A stretch of 64,000 nt of DNA, from NCBI GenBank assembly GCA_903827265.1, contig CAIKHN010000004.1, positions 40,067-104,066 on the forward strand, given 5' to 3'. Made by a program: the position numbers and the translations under genes. The DNA is from Candidatus Uhrbacteria bacterium. Its GTDB lineage: Bacteria > Patescibacteriota > Patescibacteriia > UBA9934. The stretch's first letter is position 1. Every line of letters starts with the position of its first letter. Below the pieces are notes generated by a model, which did not search any database, was not told the origin of the DNA, and worked only from the letters and a program-made list of their open reading frames with translations. Of this stretch, positions 8,287 to 20,089 are shown one piece after another.

Positions 8287-10740
8287 TTACTTCTTTCCCT
8301 TCTCTTTTGCCGCCTTCATTCCTTGGATTTCTTCAACCGCCGCAGTAAACGTTAGCACTTTACCAACAGGAATTCGCGCCGCCTGTTCCTCTGTGAGTCC
8401 ATTTTCCTCGAGCGTCATATTCTTCAATCGGGCAATGCGCGACGCATTCCAGTTCAGTCCCTGCTCGCGCAACATGAGGTGAATAATTTTATAAATCCAC
8501 TCCCCCTTTGCCAGAACGTGCTCCGTATGTCCAACTCGCGGCAGATCACTATACGCCTTTTCTGTCGTGATCAGTGGAGTTTCAATTGCCGGCAAAACGT
8601 TCGAAGAAGCATCGATAGTTAAACGACTATCGCTTCGAAGCTGCTCGCTCGCCGATACTGACACAGACTTCTGCGCTTCGATTCCCGATGTTTTCGGCAC
8701 TGGCTTTCCTTCCATTTCGTCCAACATCGAATCAACAGTGCCCAGGCGCACCGACGTACCAATCTCCAGATGATTCCAATCAACGCCAGGATTTTCCTGA
8801 TCTGCCAGATGCTTCAGCATGAACATCTTCTCATCTGTTGCGCGCATTCCCCTCTCCTGAATGCGTCGCTTCAGCTCACGCCACAACGTATCACCCTTCT
8901 GTGGCACAAAGTCTGACGACGGCTTCTGCACCGCAGCTTCAGCAACTTCATTTTCAGAAGCACTGGTGTCTCCACCAGTATCTTCGATAGCCGTATTTTC
9001 AAGTGCTCCAACAACAATATGTGACGGCTCAGATTCTGTTTCGCCAAATTCATGCAGCGCGACAGCACCGCCAATCGCACCTAAACCGACAGCGCCGGCA
9101 AATAATGCTCGTACTCGTGCGCCAGGACTTCGTAACGTTCTCGAAAACCACGATTCTGGAACCTCAACCTTTCGTGGAAGTTCAGAGATTGCGCCCTCCT
9201 TTGGAAGGATACGACGCTCGTCCTTCTCAACACGCTGAAGAAGCGTTTCCCGAGCACGCTGCAATGACCCGATCTCTTTTCTGTCGCGTGCGACATCAAA
9301 ATCAAGCGACTGCATTGCCGACGCAAACGCCCGCTCAACCGCACTCCGCGAAACATCTTCTGCTCGTAATCCCAAAATTTCTTCTGGCGAGCGATCCGGT
9401 TGCTCCCTGAGAAGCTTTTCGGTCACCTCAAGACGAATTTTGACGTTGAGCAACCGTCGAAGCGCATCGACCCCTGATTCTGGGAGATGTTCTTGGAAGA
9501 GTCGATCAAACTCCGCAATTCGTGCGTCGTTCAGCGGTCCGCGAAGCGTATTCACCGGGCGCTCAAACTCTAAAGCAACACTGTCGAGTTCATCTTCCTC
9601 GATCGCAACAAGCGCATCTCGAAGATCGCAGAGTTCCGAAATGGATACATTCGAATACGTAGATTCAGCTCTTCGACGATCTCGTTCCATTTGCGTAAAA
9701 AGATCCGAACTGACGATATGCTGAATGTGAGGCTCTTGTTCGCGAACAACGCCATCATCGCTTCGATCAGCAAGGGCAATTTTGAGCGGCTCTGGCTTTC
9801 TCGGCCTTGGTGTCGGCTCGTCGTCTGGCGATATTTCTGCAGGTTGCGCCAATCTCACGCCACGGATTTTTGGTTTTAACTGCTTCTGTATCGGTTCGGC
9901 TGGCTCGAGAACACTTACCGAAGGCTCTTTCAACTTCGACTCTTCCTCAGCCTTCCTTCGAGCTTCCTCAATTTCCGCTCGAATAAAACTAAGCTGTTGT
10001 TCTAAGAATTCCTTACGATCTTGCAACTCCTTCTCACGATCTGGTGAAAGCCCCCATCCTAATCGCACCGTATAAAAATCAACCAAAACATCAAGCGTCT
10101 TTGAAGTATCACCGAGTGCCCGACGAAGGAACCACATTTCTTCACGCCGAGAAACAACGTCACGCATGTTGCTTCTGTCGCCGACAAGAGACTGCTCGCA
10201 ATCAATAATCATCTTGCGGATCGACTGTATCCGACGGAGTTCACCATTCTTTTCAAGACGATCACTCTCCGGCTGAACAACGATCGACTGCTCAATAAGA
10301 CTTTCTAAAAAACCAAAAACACGAATCTCTTTCGCCGTCTCTTCAGCCGCACGCGTCGTTGGTGTTTTTCCGATCAATCGATGAACAGTGTCAATCGCGA
10401 TACGTTCTGCAACACGAGCTCGGTCAAGCACTGTTCCTCCCTGCTGCTTCGCGAGATAACGAGCGTGATCAACTTCGGCATGCTGGGTAATTGCAGAACC
10501 AATTGCAGAACGCAGCTCACGCCAAAAACTGTCGTTCATCGATGGATGTTGCGCTCGCAACACATCAAACATCCGAACAGCTTCCGCAGTTTCACGTGCA
10601 AGAACCTCGTTAATTTTCTTTCCCTGACGATCAACGTCAGCACGTCCCTCAGGGGTAATCTTTTTGTCAGAATATCCCTTGATCGGCGAATCGATCGGAC
10701 TTCCTATTTCTAAGCCATCTCTGGACTGCATATTGCGCAC
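8287..10740 (-). CDS. large single-pass membrane protein with two LysM-like C-terminal modules
   Basis: 817 aa, charged helical N-terminus, TM ALFAGAVGLGAIGGAVAL, modules VPQKGDTLW...NP...LEIGTSVRL and VLAKGEWIY...N...IPVGKVLTF. Confidence 0.75.
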   Translation of the reverse strand: MRNMQSRDGLEIGSPIDSPIKGYSDKKITPEGRADVDRQGKKINEVLARETAEAVRMFDVLRAQHPSMNDSFWRELRSAIGSAITQHAEVDHARYLAKQQGGTVLDRARVAERIAIDTVHRLIGKTPTTRAAEETAKEIRVFGFLESLIEQSIVVQPESDRLEKNGELRRIQSIRKMIIDCEQSLVGDRSNMRDVVSRREEMWFLRRALGDTSKTLDVLVDFYTVRLGWGLSPDREKELQDRKEFLEQQLSFIRAEIEEARRKAEEESKLKEPSVSVLEPAEPIQKQLKPKIRGVRLAQPAEISPDDEPTPRPRKPEPLKIALADRSDDGVVREQEPHIQHIVSSDLFTQMERDRRRAESTYSNVSISELCDLRDALVAIEEDELDSVALEFERPVNTLRGPLNDARIAEFDRLFQEHLPESGVDALRRLLNVKIRLEVTEKLLREQPDRSPEEILGLRAEDVSRSAVERAFASAMQSLDFDVARDRKEIGSLQRARETLLQRVEKDERRILPKEGAISELPRKVEVPESWFSRTLRSPGARVRALFAGAVGLGAIGGAVALHEFGETESEPSHIVVGALENTAIEDTGGDTSASENEVAEAAVQKPSSDFVPQKGDTLWRELKRRIQERGMRATDEKMFMLKHLADQENPGVDWNHLEIGTSVRLGTVDSMLDEMEGKPVPKTSGIEAQKSVSVSASEQLRSDSRLTIDASSNVLPAIETPLITTEKAYSDLPRVGHTEHVLAKGEWIYKIIHLMLREQGLNWNASRIARLKNMTLEENGLTEEQAARIPVGKVLTFTAAVEEIQGMKAAKEKGKK

Positions 10741-10802
10741 ATTTTATCACGAATGAAAAACACCCGCTGTTTTCCAACAGCGGGTGTTTTATTCACGGAG
10801 CA

Positions 10803-13325
10803 TTACTCCTCTTTTTTCTCTGCAGCTCCTGCGACAACAGTCGCTGTTGCAACCATGTCGCCCGCTTGCTTGAATCGCATCACGCGAACGCCCTGTGTTG
10901 CTCGACCAATCACGGAAACAGATGTCACTGATGTGCGGATGATCTGTCCGCCTTGCGACATAATAAGTAAGTCGCGAGTATCTTCCATTCCCGTCACATA
11001 CGCGCACACGAGTTTTCCTGTTTTTGCCGTGATCTGTGCAGTCTTGATTCCAGAGCCTCCACGGCCTTGAATGCCATATTCTTCAATATCTGTTCGCTTG
11101 CCGTAACCGCTTCCCATGATGGTCAGGAGTTGTCGGCCCTCTTTCTGCGCTTCAGCAGAAATCACTTCCATGCCGATAATTTCATCGTCGCCCTTGAGCT
11201 TCATACCTCGAACACCAGCAGCAACGCGACCCATCGCACGAACGTCGTCTTCGTTAAACCGAATCGACATACCGTTCATTGTTGCCAGCATCACCTGGTC
11301 TTTTCCGGTCGATGTTCGCACCCACTGTAAGTTGTCGCCGTCGTTCAACTTGATTGCAATCAACCCGGACTTGCGGACATTTTCAAAGTCTTCAAGCTTC
11401 GTCTTCTTGATGGTTCCGCGATTCGTCACCATCATGATGAATTTTGCGCCGAGTTGCTTCTTGAGGTTTCCAACAAGCACCGATGAGACTTTTTCGCCAG
11501 GACCAAGTTCAAGGAAGTTCACGATTGCCTGACCTTTTGCTGTGCGCGATGCTTCCGGAATTTCGTATGCCTTCAAACGGAACACTCGACCACGTGACGT
11601 AAAGAACATCATGTCATCATGCGTTGTCGCAGAGTAGATTGCCTCAACCGCGTCTTCTTCCTTCGTCGTGAGTCCAATAACACCCTTTCCGCCGCGACCT
11701 TGCTGCGTGAATGTATCTGGCGCCAAGCGTTTAATGTAGCCATCCTTTGTCATCATGACAACCGCCGGGACGTCAGCAATAATGTCTTCCATTGAGAACT
11801 CTTTCACGCCAGCCTTCACGATCTTGGTTCGACGATCATCGCCAAACTTTTCTGCAAGCTGCACAAGCTCTTCGCGCAACACAGCAAGCAACTTCTTTTC
11901 GCTCTTCAAAATCGCCTCAAGCGCTTCCTTGATCTTCATCTTCTCGGCGTATTCCTGCTCAATACGCAATTGTTCAAGGTTCGCCAATGCCTGCAGGCGC
12001 ATTTCCAAAATGGCAATCGCCTGGCGCTCGCTCATCGAGAACTGCTTCATCAAATTCAACCGTGCTTCATCTTTGTCCTTCGACTTCTTGATGGTCGCGA
12101 TCACTTTGTCGATGTTTGCAAGCGCAATACGCAAGCCGTCCAAAATATGCAAACGGTCGTCGATGCGCGCCAAGTCGTATTCCGTGCGACGCTTCACCAC
12201 CTCTTTGCGATGTTTAATGTGCTCTTCCAAAATTTGCTTCACGTTTAACACGCGAGGCTGAATACCATCAACGAGCGCGAGCATGTTGTAATGGAAGGTG
12301 GTCTGCAGCTGCGTTGCCTGATACAACCGGTTCAACACTTTTCGTGGGTATGCGTCTTTCTTCAACTCGATAACAATACGAACACCTTCCTTGTTCGACT
12401 CATCGCGAATGTCGCGAATACCCTCGAGTTTCTTCTCGCGTACAAGATCGGCGATTTTTTCAATAAGCGTGCTCTTGTTCACCAAATATGGAATTTCCGA
12501 AACAATAATCGACGACGCATCCTTCTTACCTTCAACAATATCGACCTTCGCTCTCACCACCACTCCCCCACGACCCGTTGCATATGCTGCACGTAAATCA
12601 TTCGCACCGTACACAATACCGCCCGTTGGAAAATCTGGACCAGGCATCACCTCAACAATCTCATCGATAGACGTGTCTGGATTGTCGATGAGTTTCAAAA
12701 TTGCGGTACTAATTTCCTTCACATTGTGTGGAGGAATGTTCGTCGCCATACCCACAGCAATACCAATCATGCCGTTCAATAACAAGTTTGGGAGTTTTGC
12801 TGGGAGCACTGCTGGTTCATCGTGACTACCGTCGTAGTTTGGCGTGAAATTCACCGTGTTCTTTTCAATGTCGATGAGCATCTCTTCCGCAATTGGCGAA
12901 AGCTTCGCCTCGGTATAACGATACGCAGCAGCGCCGTCGCCATCCATAGAACCGAAGTTTCCCTGTCCCGTTACGAGCGGGTAACGGAACGAGAAGTCCT
13001 GCGCCATACGCACCATGGAGTCATACACGGAAATATCGCCGTGTGGGTGATATTTACCAAGCACTTCTCCGACGATGGTTGCAGACTTTCGGAACTTTGC
13101 ATTTGCACGAAGGCCGATGTCCCACATCGCGTACAAAATACGACGGTGCACCGGTTTCATGCCGTCACGAACGTCTGGCAATGCGCGAGCCACAATAACC
13201 GACATCGCGTAGTCCAAGTACGCATGTCGCATTTCTTCGGTGATGCTCTGCTGAATGAGTCCGCCGACCGGCACAAGACCTGGATCTTCTGGAAGGACTT
13301 CAACGGATTCGTTTGCTTTTGCCAT
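10803..13325 (-). CDS. gyrA: DNA gyrase subunit A
   Basis: [31 protein letters not shown], GyrA box QGRGGKG. Confidence 0.98.
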   Translation of the reverse strand: MAKANESVEVLPEDPGLVPVGGLIQQSITEEMRHAYLDYAMSVIVARALPDVRDGMKPVHRRILYAMWDIGLRANAKFRKSATIVGEVLGKYHPHGDISVYDSMVRMAQDFSFRYPLVTGQGNFGSMDGDGAAAYRYTEAKLSPIAEEMLIDIEKNTVNFTPNYDGSHDEPAVLPAKLPNLLLNGMIGIAVGMATNIPPHNVKEISTAILKLIDNPDTSIDEIVEVMPGPDFPTGGIVYGANDLRAAYATGRGGVVVRAKVDIVEGKKDASSIIVSEIPYLVNKSTLIEKIADLVREKKLEGIRDIRDESNKEGVRIVIELKKDAYPRKVLNRLYQATQLQTTFHYNMLALVDGIQPRVLNVKQILEEHIKHRKEVVKRRTEYDLARIDDRLHILDGLRIALANIDKVIATIKKSKDKDEARLNLMKQFSMSERQAIAILEMRLQALANLEQLRIEQEYAEKMKIKEALEAILKSEKKLLAVLREELVQLAEKFGDDRRTKIVKAGVKEFSMEDIIADVPAVVMMTKDGYIKRLAPDTFTQQGRGGKGVIGLTTKEEDAVEAIYSATTHDDMMFFTSRGRVFRLKAYEIPEASRTAKGQAIVNFLELGPGEKVSSVLVGNLKKQLGAKFIMMVTNRGTIKKTKLEDFENVRKSGLIAIKLNDGDNLQWVRTSTGKDQVMLATMNGMSIRFNEDDVRAMGRVAAGVRGMKLKGDDEIIGMEVISAEAQKEGRQLLTIMGSGYGKRTDIEEYGIQGRGGSGIKTAQITAKTGKLVCAYVTGMEDTRDLLIMSQGGQIIRTSVTSVSVIGRATQGVRVMRFKQAGDMVATATVVAGAAEKKEE

Positions 13326-13330
13326 ACAAT

Positions 13331-13570
13331 TTAATTTGAGATTGGTGGAAATGCACTTGCCGGAGGAATAACGGAACTCACACCTGTCTGAACCGCGTGC
13401 AAGAAGTCAACGGCGTCGGCAGTAATTCCACGCGTTCGCTCACGAGTCCATGTCATTCGTATTTGTATCACTGCACCAAGGAGTAGCACGGCCGCAATCG
13501 CCACAATGGTCCACGCCTTTTTCCCGGCAAGGAATCGTCGTTTTGGAATGACGATGCGCGGCGTCTCCAT
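13331..13570 (-). CDS. small membrane protein
   Basis: 79 aa, one TM, co-directional between the MBL gene and gyrA. Confidence 0.6.
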   Translation of the reverse strand: METPRIVIPKRRFLAGKKAWTIVAIAAVLLLGAVIQIRMTWTRERTRGITADAVDFLHAVQTGVSSVIPPASAFPPISN

Positions 13571-13573
13571 ACG

Positions 13574-14224
13574 TTACCCTCGCGTCAGCACCACAACAGC
13601 CATGTCTTCTTCCGGAAGGCCTGAACGAATAATTTTATATTTGCTTACCGTTTCTGCTGGCGCGCCAATTTCACGAATGAATGCAGCGCTTTCCGCAAAA
13701 CCATCACCCTCAAATGCGTTCACATATATTGGAATAACCACGCGCGGTTCGATTTGCGTCACGAGCTCCGCCGCAGCTGACGCACCAAGCACGCTCCCTC
13801 CGCCTGCTGGAACCAACAAAATATCCACAGCGCCAAGCGTCTCCTGTTCTTTTGTCGTCAACGCGCGATCGATGGCGCCCAGAAAACCAATATGCATTCC
13901 TTCAACATCGAAACGATAGATAGTGTGCGGTGTGCCGTCTTTTTTTGGCGCAGAGATTCCCGTCGCGAACAATCCGCGAACCTCATACTCGCCGGCGTGA
14001 TCGACGACGAATGGCGTTTTGCCGCCATCGTGTTCGATGATAATCGCATCAGTGTTTCCAGTTGAATCATCAAGGTGCGTTCGAACAATCATCGATGCTT
14101 CAATCTGCTTTGGAAACTTCATTGCACCTTCCGCAAAAAACGGATTCGTCACCAATGACACTTCTGTTTGACCAGGCTTTGCCGTGAGCACAATGCTTCC
14201 CGCACCATTCCAGGTAATATTCAT
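13574..14224 (-). CDS. MBL-fold metallo-hydrolase-like protein (degenerate metal motifs)
   Basis: MNITWNG, GEYEVRG, VDILLVPAGG, IEPRVVIPI. Confidence 0.8.
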   Translation of the reverse strand: MNITWNGAGSIVLTAKPGQTEVSLVTNPFFAEGAMKFPKQIEASMIVRTHLDDSTGNTDAIIIEHDGGKTPFVVDHAGEYEVRGLFATGISAPKKDGTPHTIYRFDVEGMHIGFLGAIDRALTTKEQETLGAVDILLVPAGGGSVLGASAAAELVTQIEPRVVIPIYVNAFEGDGFAESAAFIREIGAPAETVSKYKIIRSGLPEEDMAVVVLTRG

Positions 14225-14258
14225 AATCGGCTCGAATTCGGGACTACGGTAACATATC

Positions 14259-14954
14259 TTATTCCGTCGCGCTATCTTCGTCGTCCTCACTCAGTACACC
14301 GGTCCAATAGGTAATTTCTTTCTGAACGTCATCGACTGTTGGATCGACTTCCACCATCGACCATCCATTCTCGAATTGCTGCACGCGAGCCAAAATATCA
14401 TCGCGATATTCCGGGTCGCGATCCGCCATGCCGCGCAACACTTCAATCATTTGCTGAATATGCTCTTGCGTTGCCGTCCATCGTGCGACTAATTCATCGT
14501 ATGTTCCCCGTCGAGCCGCAGCACGTTCATCGCATTGTCTATCGAGTACATCGTGTGCAGCATGAATCTCACGATCAACCTGCGAACGGTCGTCGTCAGA
14601 GAGCAACGCTTCAAATTGCGAGCTCTTCACAAAATCTAAAATGTGCACGCCGTATTTTACGACCGGTTCCATCTTTACCTTTACAGATTCATCGAGTTTT
14701 CCAAGGACAAGCTCTTGCAATCGCGCTTCCTCGTCACCGGCGCACAACTCCTGATACGCCTTGCGATACGGAAACTCTTTCTTTCCAACATACACTAATG
14801 CCTGACGAATCTGCTCGGCAGTTGAAGATTCATTCTCCGCCAAATCGTCGGCAAGTTGCATCGCTTCGTCACGTATTGTTTTTGGCGTTAATGGAACAAG
14901 TTGCGCCACCGCCTTCCGGAAATCCTGGATCATTTCTTCATTTGGATGTGCCAT
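14259..14954 (-). CDS. hypothetical helical protein
   Basis: 231-aa ORF with CT-ATG start and core-like codon usage. Confidence 0.75.
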   Translation of the reverse strand: MAHPNEEMIQDFRKAVAQLVPLTPKTIRDEAMQLADDLAENESSTAEQIRQALVYVGKKEFPYRKAYQELCAGDEEARLQELVLGKLDESVKVKMEPVVKYGVHILDFVKSSQFEALLSDDDRSQVDREIHAAHDVLDRQCDERAAARRGTYDELVARWTATQEHIQQMIEVLRGMADRDPEYRDDILARVQQFENGWSMVEVDPTVDDVQKEITYWTGVLSEDDEDSATE

Positions 14955-15325
14955 AGTGGCTGTAGTGTAACGACATCGCAATAAAAAAGGCAGAACTACT
15001 GTGGAGAACACGGAGTCTGGACTGATTCTTTGGAGGCGTTGTGGCGAAATGAAACGAACGGGAGTACGAGGTGCTGCGATGGAAAACGATACCCTCGTTT
15101 TTTGAGGTTTTAAAACTGATCTGCAGAAAGCGATCTGATCCTAAATCGAGAAAAAGCGAGATCGATTTCGAAAATGCGCAATCGCCGATCGTAGGCGACG
15201 CTATCGCCGACCTCGCAGATCTCTGCAATCGACCAGCGTTTTCTAAATGCAACTCGGTTGCGTTAGCAAAGCACCCCATTTGAAATTGAGTACCCCCAAG
15301 CTCGCCGATGATGCCAAAAAATTAG

Positions 15326-15360
15326 ACCCCCCTCCAACTCCCCCTTAAAAAAGGGAGAGC
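15326..15360. repeat. REP-like palindromic element, C-rich family
   Basis: acccccctccaactcccccttaaaaaagggagag resembles 25224-25260 and 37793-37829. Confidence 0.55.
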
Positions 15361-15464
15361 TTTCACCACCTCGTCACAACCCACTCCAAAGATCAGTTCA
15401 GTTGTATTTCTGTAAACGCGAAGACCCACCCCGTTGCGCTGGGTGGGTCTTCAATGCTCAGAGA

Positions 15465-15692
15465 CTAGTACGACCCCTGCCGCTGCATTCGTTCTAATCG
15501 TGTGACGCGGATGTTCAACCGATCGATTTGCGGCAACACGCCGTCATTGATCACTTCGATGATGTCGTTGCGGACAGAGCGAAGCTCTTTTTGGAGCAGC
15601 GTCTCCACTCGACCCATTATCCTATCCTCAAGAATCACATTATTCTCCGCGAACATCTCACGCAGTACCTGAATATCCTGTGTATCAAGCAT
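15465..15692 (-). CDS. small coiled-coil hypothetical protein
   Basis: MLDTQDIQVLREMF...IRVTRLER; terminator hairpin gaagacccaccc/gggtgggtcttc downstream. Confidence 0.65.
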   Translation of the reverse strand: MLDTQDIQVLREMFAENNVILEDRIMGRVETLLQKELRSVRNDIIEVINDGVLPQIDRLNIRVTRLERMQRQGSY

Positions 15693-15799
15693 AAAGAAAT
15701 ATGCTACGCAGACCACATGGACGATCCCTCCACGCCTCAAGGCTACGGGTATAAACAACAGTCACCGGGGATTGTTCCCATCGTATCAAAATACTCTCG

Positions 15800-16267
15800 C
15801 TATGTCGCATCCGATTTCCCCATCCCAAAGTACTGTTTCATAATCGCGCGATACATGTCGCCACGGCCGACGATACCGACAAGAACATCGTGCTCAACGA
15901 CGGGAATGTGATGAATCCCAGATGACACCATAAGTGCGCCAACTTTGAGAATCGGCGTGTGCGGCTCTGCAGTAATTACTCGTGTGCTCATCACGTCTAC
16001 TACTTTCTTCCCCATCGCGTCTGCCGCATGGTGCTCCATTACATCAAAATCGAGGTAATTCTCCGGGGACTGCACCCAATCCTTAAAACTCGGGAACAGC
16101 CCACGGAACAGATCTTTCTCACTCAAAATTCCCACTAAATGACCGGAATCGTCTACCACCGGCGCAGCAGAAATGCCACGAGCCAGGAGGAGTTCGGCGG
16201 CTTCCCGCCAACTGAGCGACGGCGATACCGTAACCACATCGGTCTTCATCAATTCTCCAACAATCAT
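15800..16267 (-). CDS. CBS domain-pair protein
   Basis: VGELMKTDVVTV, APVVD...LVGILSEKD, IPVVE...LVGIVGRGD. Confidence 0.92.
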   Translation of the reverse strand: MIVGELMKTDVVTVSPSLSWREAAELLLARGISAAPVVDDSGHLVGILSEKDLFRGLFPSFKDWVQSPENYLDFDVMEHHAADAMGKKVVDVMSTRVITAEPHTPILKVGALMVSSGIHHIPVVEHDVLVGIVGRGDMYRAIMKQYFGMGKSDAT

Positions 16268-16443
16268 AGGACATTGGGTAAGATGATTCTTATGTTATGT
16301 ATATCACAATCGGATTCCCTTTGCCCACGACACAAAACTTGCTGATTTTCGCAAAGTCCTGTACTCTTTTGCCACTTCTTCATTCTTAGCCCCTGAGCGC
16401 CTACCGGCTATTTGGCCCGTAGCTCGATCAGGATATTTTCTTT

Positions 16444-17595
16444 ATGAAAGAAGCGAAAAAGGTAGCGGTAGCAACATCAAGCAAGCTCGACGAGCTCTTG
16501 AAGGAAGAGGGGCTGTTCGTTATTCCAAAGGTTGGCGACACCATTAAGGGCAAAGTGCTCTCCACAAAGGGACGCGAAATTCGCATCGACATCCTTGGAC
16601 TTACCACCGGTGTCGTGCGCGGCCGTGAGCTCTACGCAGAAGCCGAAGCTTACAAGAACCTCAAAGACGGCGACGAAGTTGAGGCAACAGTGGTCGACAT
16701 GGAAAACGAGAATGGTGAAGTCGAACTCTCATTCCGTTACGCTGGTCAGCAGCGCGCATGGAAGGATTTGAGCGAGCTCTCAACCTCTGGCGAACCAATT
16801 CCAGTAAAGGTATTGGACGCAAACAAGGGCGGACTCATCGTTCGCGTGAACCACGTGCAAGGATTCTTGCCAGTGTCACAGCTTGCTCCAGAACACTACC
16901 CACGTGTTGCAGGCGGCGATAAGCAGAAAATCTTCGAGAAGCTCCGCAGCTTTATTGGCGAAACCATGCGCGTTCGCGTATTGGACGTCCATGAGGACGA
17001 CGGCAAGCTCATCGTGTCTGAAAAGGCAGTGTGGGAGGAAGAGCAGAAGAACATCATTGCGCAATGCCGCGTTGGCGACATCGTTGCCGGCGACGTCTCT
17101 GCGGTTGCAGACTTCGGCGCATTCGTGAAGTTCTTCCCAACCGGAAGCACCACACCGCTTGAAGGCTTGGTTCATATCTCGGAAATTGCATGGCAGCGAA
17201 TCGACCACCCACGCGATGTCCTCAAGATGAACGACAACGTTCGCGCAGAAATCATCGGTATTGAAGGAAGCAAAATCTTCTTGTCCATCAAGAAGCTTAC
17301 GGAAGATCCTTGGAAGACCGTTGCAAAGCGCTACAAGGTTGGTAGCTGGGTTGAAGGAAAAATCATCAAAGTAAACCCATTCGGATTCTTCGTTGAACTC
17401 GACGCCGATATCCAAGGTCTTGCTCACGTTTCCGAACTTTCCGACAAAGCCGTGGAAGACCCAACAAAGTTGGCAAAACCAGGCGACGTCATGAAGTTCC
17501 GTATCGTGTCTGTTGAACCAGATGAACATCGCCTCGGCCTTTCCCTCAAGGAAGAAGGTGCAGCAAAGGCAGAAAAAACAGAGAGCAAAGCGTAA
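16444..17595 (+). CDS. rpsA: 30S ribosomal protein S1 (four S1 domains)
   Basis: ANKGGL, GFLPVSQL, DFGAFV, EGLVHISEIAW, FGFFVEL. Confidence 0.93.
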   Translation: MKEAKKVAVATSSKLDELLKEEGLFVIPKVGDTIKGKVLSTKGREIRIDILGLTTGVVRGRELYAEAEAYKNLKDGDEVEATVVDMENENGEVELSFRYAGQQRAWKDLSELSTSGEPIPVKVLDANKGGLIVRVNHVQGFLPVSQLAPEHYPRVAGGDKQKIFEKLRSFIGETMRVRVLDVHEDDGKLIVSEKAVWEEEQKNIIAQCRVGDIVAGDVSAVADFGAFVKFFPTGSTTPLEGLVHISEIAWQRIDHPRDVLKMNDNVRAEIIGIEGSKIFLSIKKLTEDPWKTVAKRYKVGSWVEGKIIKVNPFGFFVELDADIQGLAHVSELSDKAVEDPTKLAKPGDVMKFRIVSVEPDEHRLGLSLKEEGAAKAEKTESKA

Positions 17596-17683
17596 TCATT
17601 CGCTGAGTTCTAAAAAAACCGCCAACTCTGGCGGTTTTTTTATACGCGTAATTCACAAGATACACTTGTACCCGGAGGCAACC

Positions 17684-18025
17684 ATGCCCGCAGACGCACT
17701 CGAAGATCTCTTGGTACAGCACATGCACATACGTCATGCGCGGATTAGTGCAGACGTCGCTCTCGCGCTACGGATTCTCAAAAGGTGTGAAACGCCAATT
17801 CGAGAACGTGAGCTCGCAGAATCTGTCCGGCACAACAAAGGCGAATCAGGCAATGAAGGCTTCACACGCTTCCGAAGCGCGCTCTACTGGCTCATGCATC
17901 ACAGAGTCCTTGAGCATTGCATCCACGAACGCTTGCTCAAAATCCGTCTACGGGAACAAACAGTAGACCCGCTTGGGTCGCGGATTCTTGCAATGCTCTA
18001 CGAATCAACGCCGAGTGAGGAGTAA
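17684..18025 (+). CDS. hypothetical protein, possibly winged-helix
   Basis: SD GGAGG before ATG; pattern LRILKR..PIRERELAE...FRSALYWL...VL. Confidence 0.6.
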   Translation: MPADALEDLLVQHMHIRHARISADVALALRILKRCETPIRERELAESVRHNKGESGNEGFTRFRSALYWLMHHRVLEHCIHERLLKIRLREQTVDPLGSRILAMLYESTPSEE

Positions 18026-18121
18026 TCGAACGAACAGGGCCGCCCAACGCCATGGGTGGCCCGTTTGCATTTTGACGATTTTTCTGGCACAATCTTTCAG
18101 AATTGATGCATCATTTTTCCT

Positions 18122-19978
18122 ATGAAACCGCTCTCAAAAAACGCCATCGCTTTTCTCCTTGTTCTCGTCGTTCTCGGCGTCATTTTCGCCAACGCAACCA
18201 TCCCGTCACAAACAAAAACTGAATCGGTGAGCATCTCAACGCTCATGGATAAAATCGAAAGCAAAGAAGTCACAAAAGTCACCGTTGTTGAAGATACGGT
18301 TACCGCTGTTGGAGCAAACAATGTCTCATTCGTTGCCCGCAAAGAACCTGGCCAGTCATTCAACGATCTCTTAGACAGCGACAACGTTAGCCCAGACATT
18401 CGTTCCGGCCTCACCGTTCAAATTGATGAACCAAGCGCAGCAATCACCTTTGCACGAAACGTGTTGCCAACAGCAGCAATCGTGATCGTTCTTTCCGTGG
18501 TGTTGTGGTTCCTCCTCCGCCAAATGCAAGGTGCAAATAGTAAAGCAATGACGTTTGGCCAAAGCGGTGCACGCGAAGTCACCAAAGGAAAAAATCGCCT
18601 CACTTTTGCCGACGTTGCTGGAAACCCTGAAGCAAAAGAAGAACTTTCCGAGATTGTCGAATTCCTGAAAACACCAAAAAAGTTTGCCGATCTTGGCGCA
18701 AAGATTCCAAAAGGCGTGTTGCTCATGGGTCCTCCAGGAACCGGTAAAACGCTTATTGCTCGCGCTGTTGCCGGTGAAGCTGAAGTTCCATTCTTCCATA
18801 TCTCTGGATCGGAATTCGTGGAAATGTTTGTCGGTGTTGGTGCGAGCCGCGTGCGAGACTTGTTCGCAAAGGCAAAGAAAGCGGCTCCATGTATTGTGTT
18901 CATCGACGAAATCGATGCGGTTGGTCGTCAGCGCGGTGCCGGCCTTGGTGGCGGACATGACGAACGCGAACAAACACTCAACCAAATTCTCGTGGAAATG
19001 GACGGCTTTGAGCCAAACCTTGGTGTTATCGTTATTGCCGCAACGAACCGTCCAGACGTTCTCGACTCCGCGTTGCTCCGCCCAGGACGCTTCGATCGTC
19101 GCGTTACTCTCGATCGCCCAGACCTGAAGGATCGTGAGGCGATTCTCAAAATCCACGCCGAAGGCAAGCCGCTTGATGCGAATGCGGACTTGAAGCGCGT
19201 CGCAGAACGCACCACCGGACTTTCTGGCGCCGACCTCATGAATATCATGAACGAAGCTGCAATTTTCGCTGCACGTCGCAACCGCAAAACCATCATGCAA
19301 GAGGATTTACTCGACAGCATCGAAAAAGTACTCCTCGGACCAGAACGCAAGAGCCACATGCTCTCCCCTATTGAGCGAAGCATTACGGCGTATCACGAAT
19401 CTGGCCATGCCATTGTTGGCCATATGCTCCCGCACTGCGACGACGTCCACAAGGTTTCCATCATCTCTCGCGGTCGCGCTGCCGGATACACCATGAGCAT
19501 TCCGGATGAAGACAAGAAAATGCATTCTCGTCGTGAATTCATCGACGAGCTCGCGATGATGCTCGGTGGCTACGTTGCCGAACAAGAAATCTTCGGCGAT
19601 CTCACAACAGGCGCAAGCAACGACCTTCAACGCGCAACACAGCTCGCCCGTGAACTCGTCACGCAGTACGGCATGAGCGACGCGCTTGGCCCTCGTACGT
19701 ACGGCGGACAAGATGAAATGGTGTTCTTGGGCAAGCAAATGAACGAACAGCGTGGATATTCGGAAAAAGTTGCAGAACGCATCGACGACGAAATCAACGT
19801 ACTTCTCAATGCTGCAAAAGAAACTGCCCGCGGAATTATTCGCAAGCAGCGCGCACAAATGGACGCTATCGTGAAACACTTGCTCGAAAAAGAAACCATC
19901 GAGAAAGAAGAATTCATTGCTCTCATTGGCCCAGCAGTGAAGTCAGAGACGCTCGTGCCACTCCCAGTTCAGGGCTAA
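18122..19978 (+). CDS. ftsH: ATP-dependent zinc metalloprotease FtsH
   Basis: Two TMs, [40 protein letters not shown]. Confidence 0.98.
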   Translation: MKPLSKNAIAFLLVLVVLGVIFANATIPSQTKTESVSISTLMDKIESKEVTKVTVVEDTVTAVGANNVSFVARKEPGQSFNDLLDSDNVSPDIRSGLTVQIDEPSAAITFARNVLPTAAIVIVLSVVLWFLLRQMQGANSKAMTFGQSGAREVTKGKNRLTFADVAGNPEAKEELSEIVEFLKTPKKFADLGAKIPKGVLLMGPPGTGKTLIARAVAGEAEVPFFHISGSEFVEMFVGVGASRVRDLFAKAKKAAPCIVFIDEIDAVGRQRGAGLGGGHDEREQTLNQILVEMDGFEPNLGVIVIAATNRPDVLDSALLRPGRFDRRVTLDRPDLKDREAILKIHAEGKPLDANADLKRVAERTTGLSGADLMNIMNEAAIFAARRNRKTIMQEDLLDSIEKVLLGPERKSHMLSPIERSITAYHESGHAIVGHMLPHCDDVHKVSIISRGRAAGYTMSIPDEDKKMHSRREFIDELAMMLGGYVAEQEIFGDLTTGASNDLQRATQLARELVTQYGMSDALGPRTYGGQDEMVFLGKQMNEQRGYSEKVAERIDDEINVLLNAAKETARGIIRKQRAQMDAIVKHLLEKETIEKEEFIALIGPAVKSETLVPLPVQG

Positions 19979-20089
19979 AACACAAAAGCCACGGTCATCA
20001 CGATCGTGGTTTTTTGTTTGACCTTGGCCAAAAAATATGCTACGTTTTTCATGCCGTTTCGGCACAAAACCCGCACCCCGAGCTACACC

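Noticed and set aside
14995-15015. Replication origin
   Set aside because: Only one imperfect DnaA-box-like 9-mer, no box cluster and no dnaA nearby
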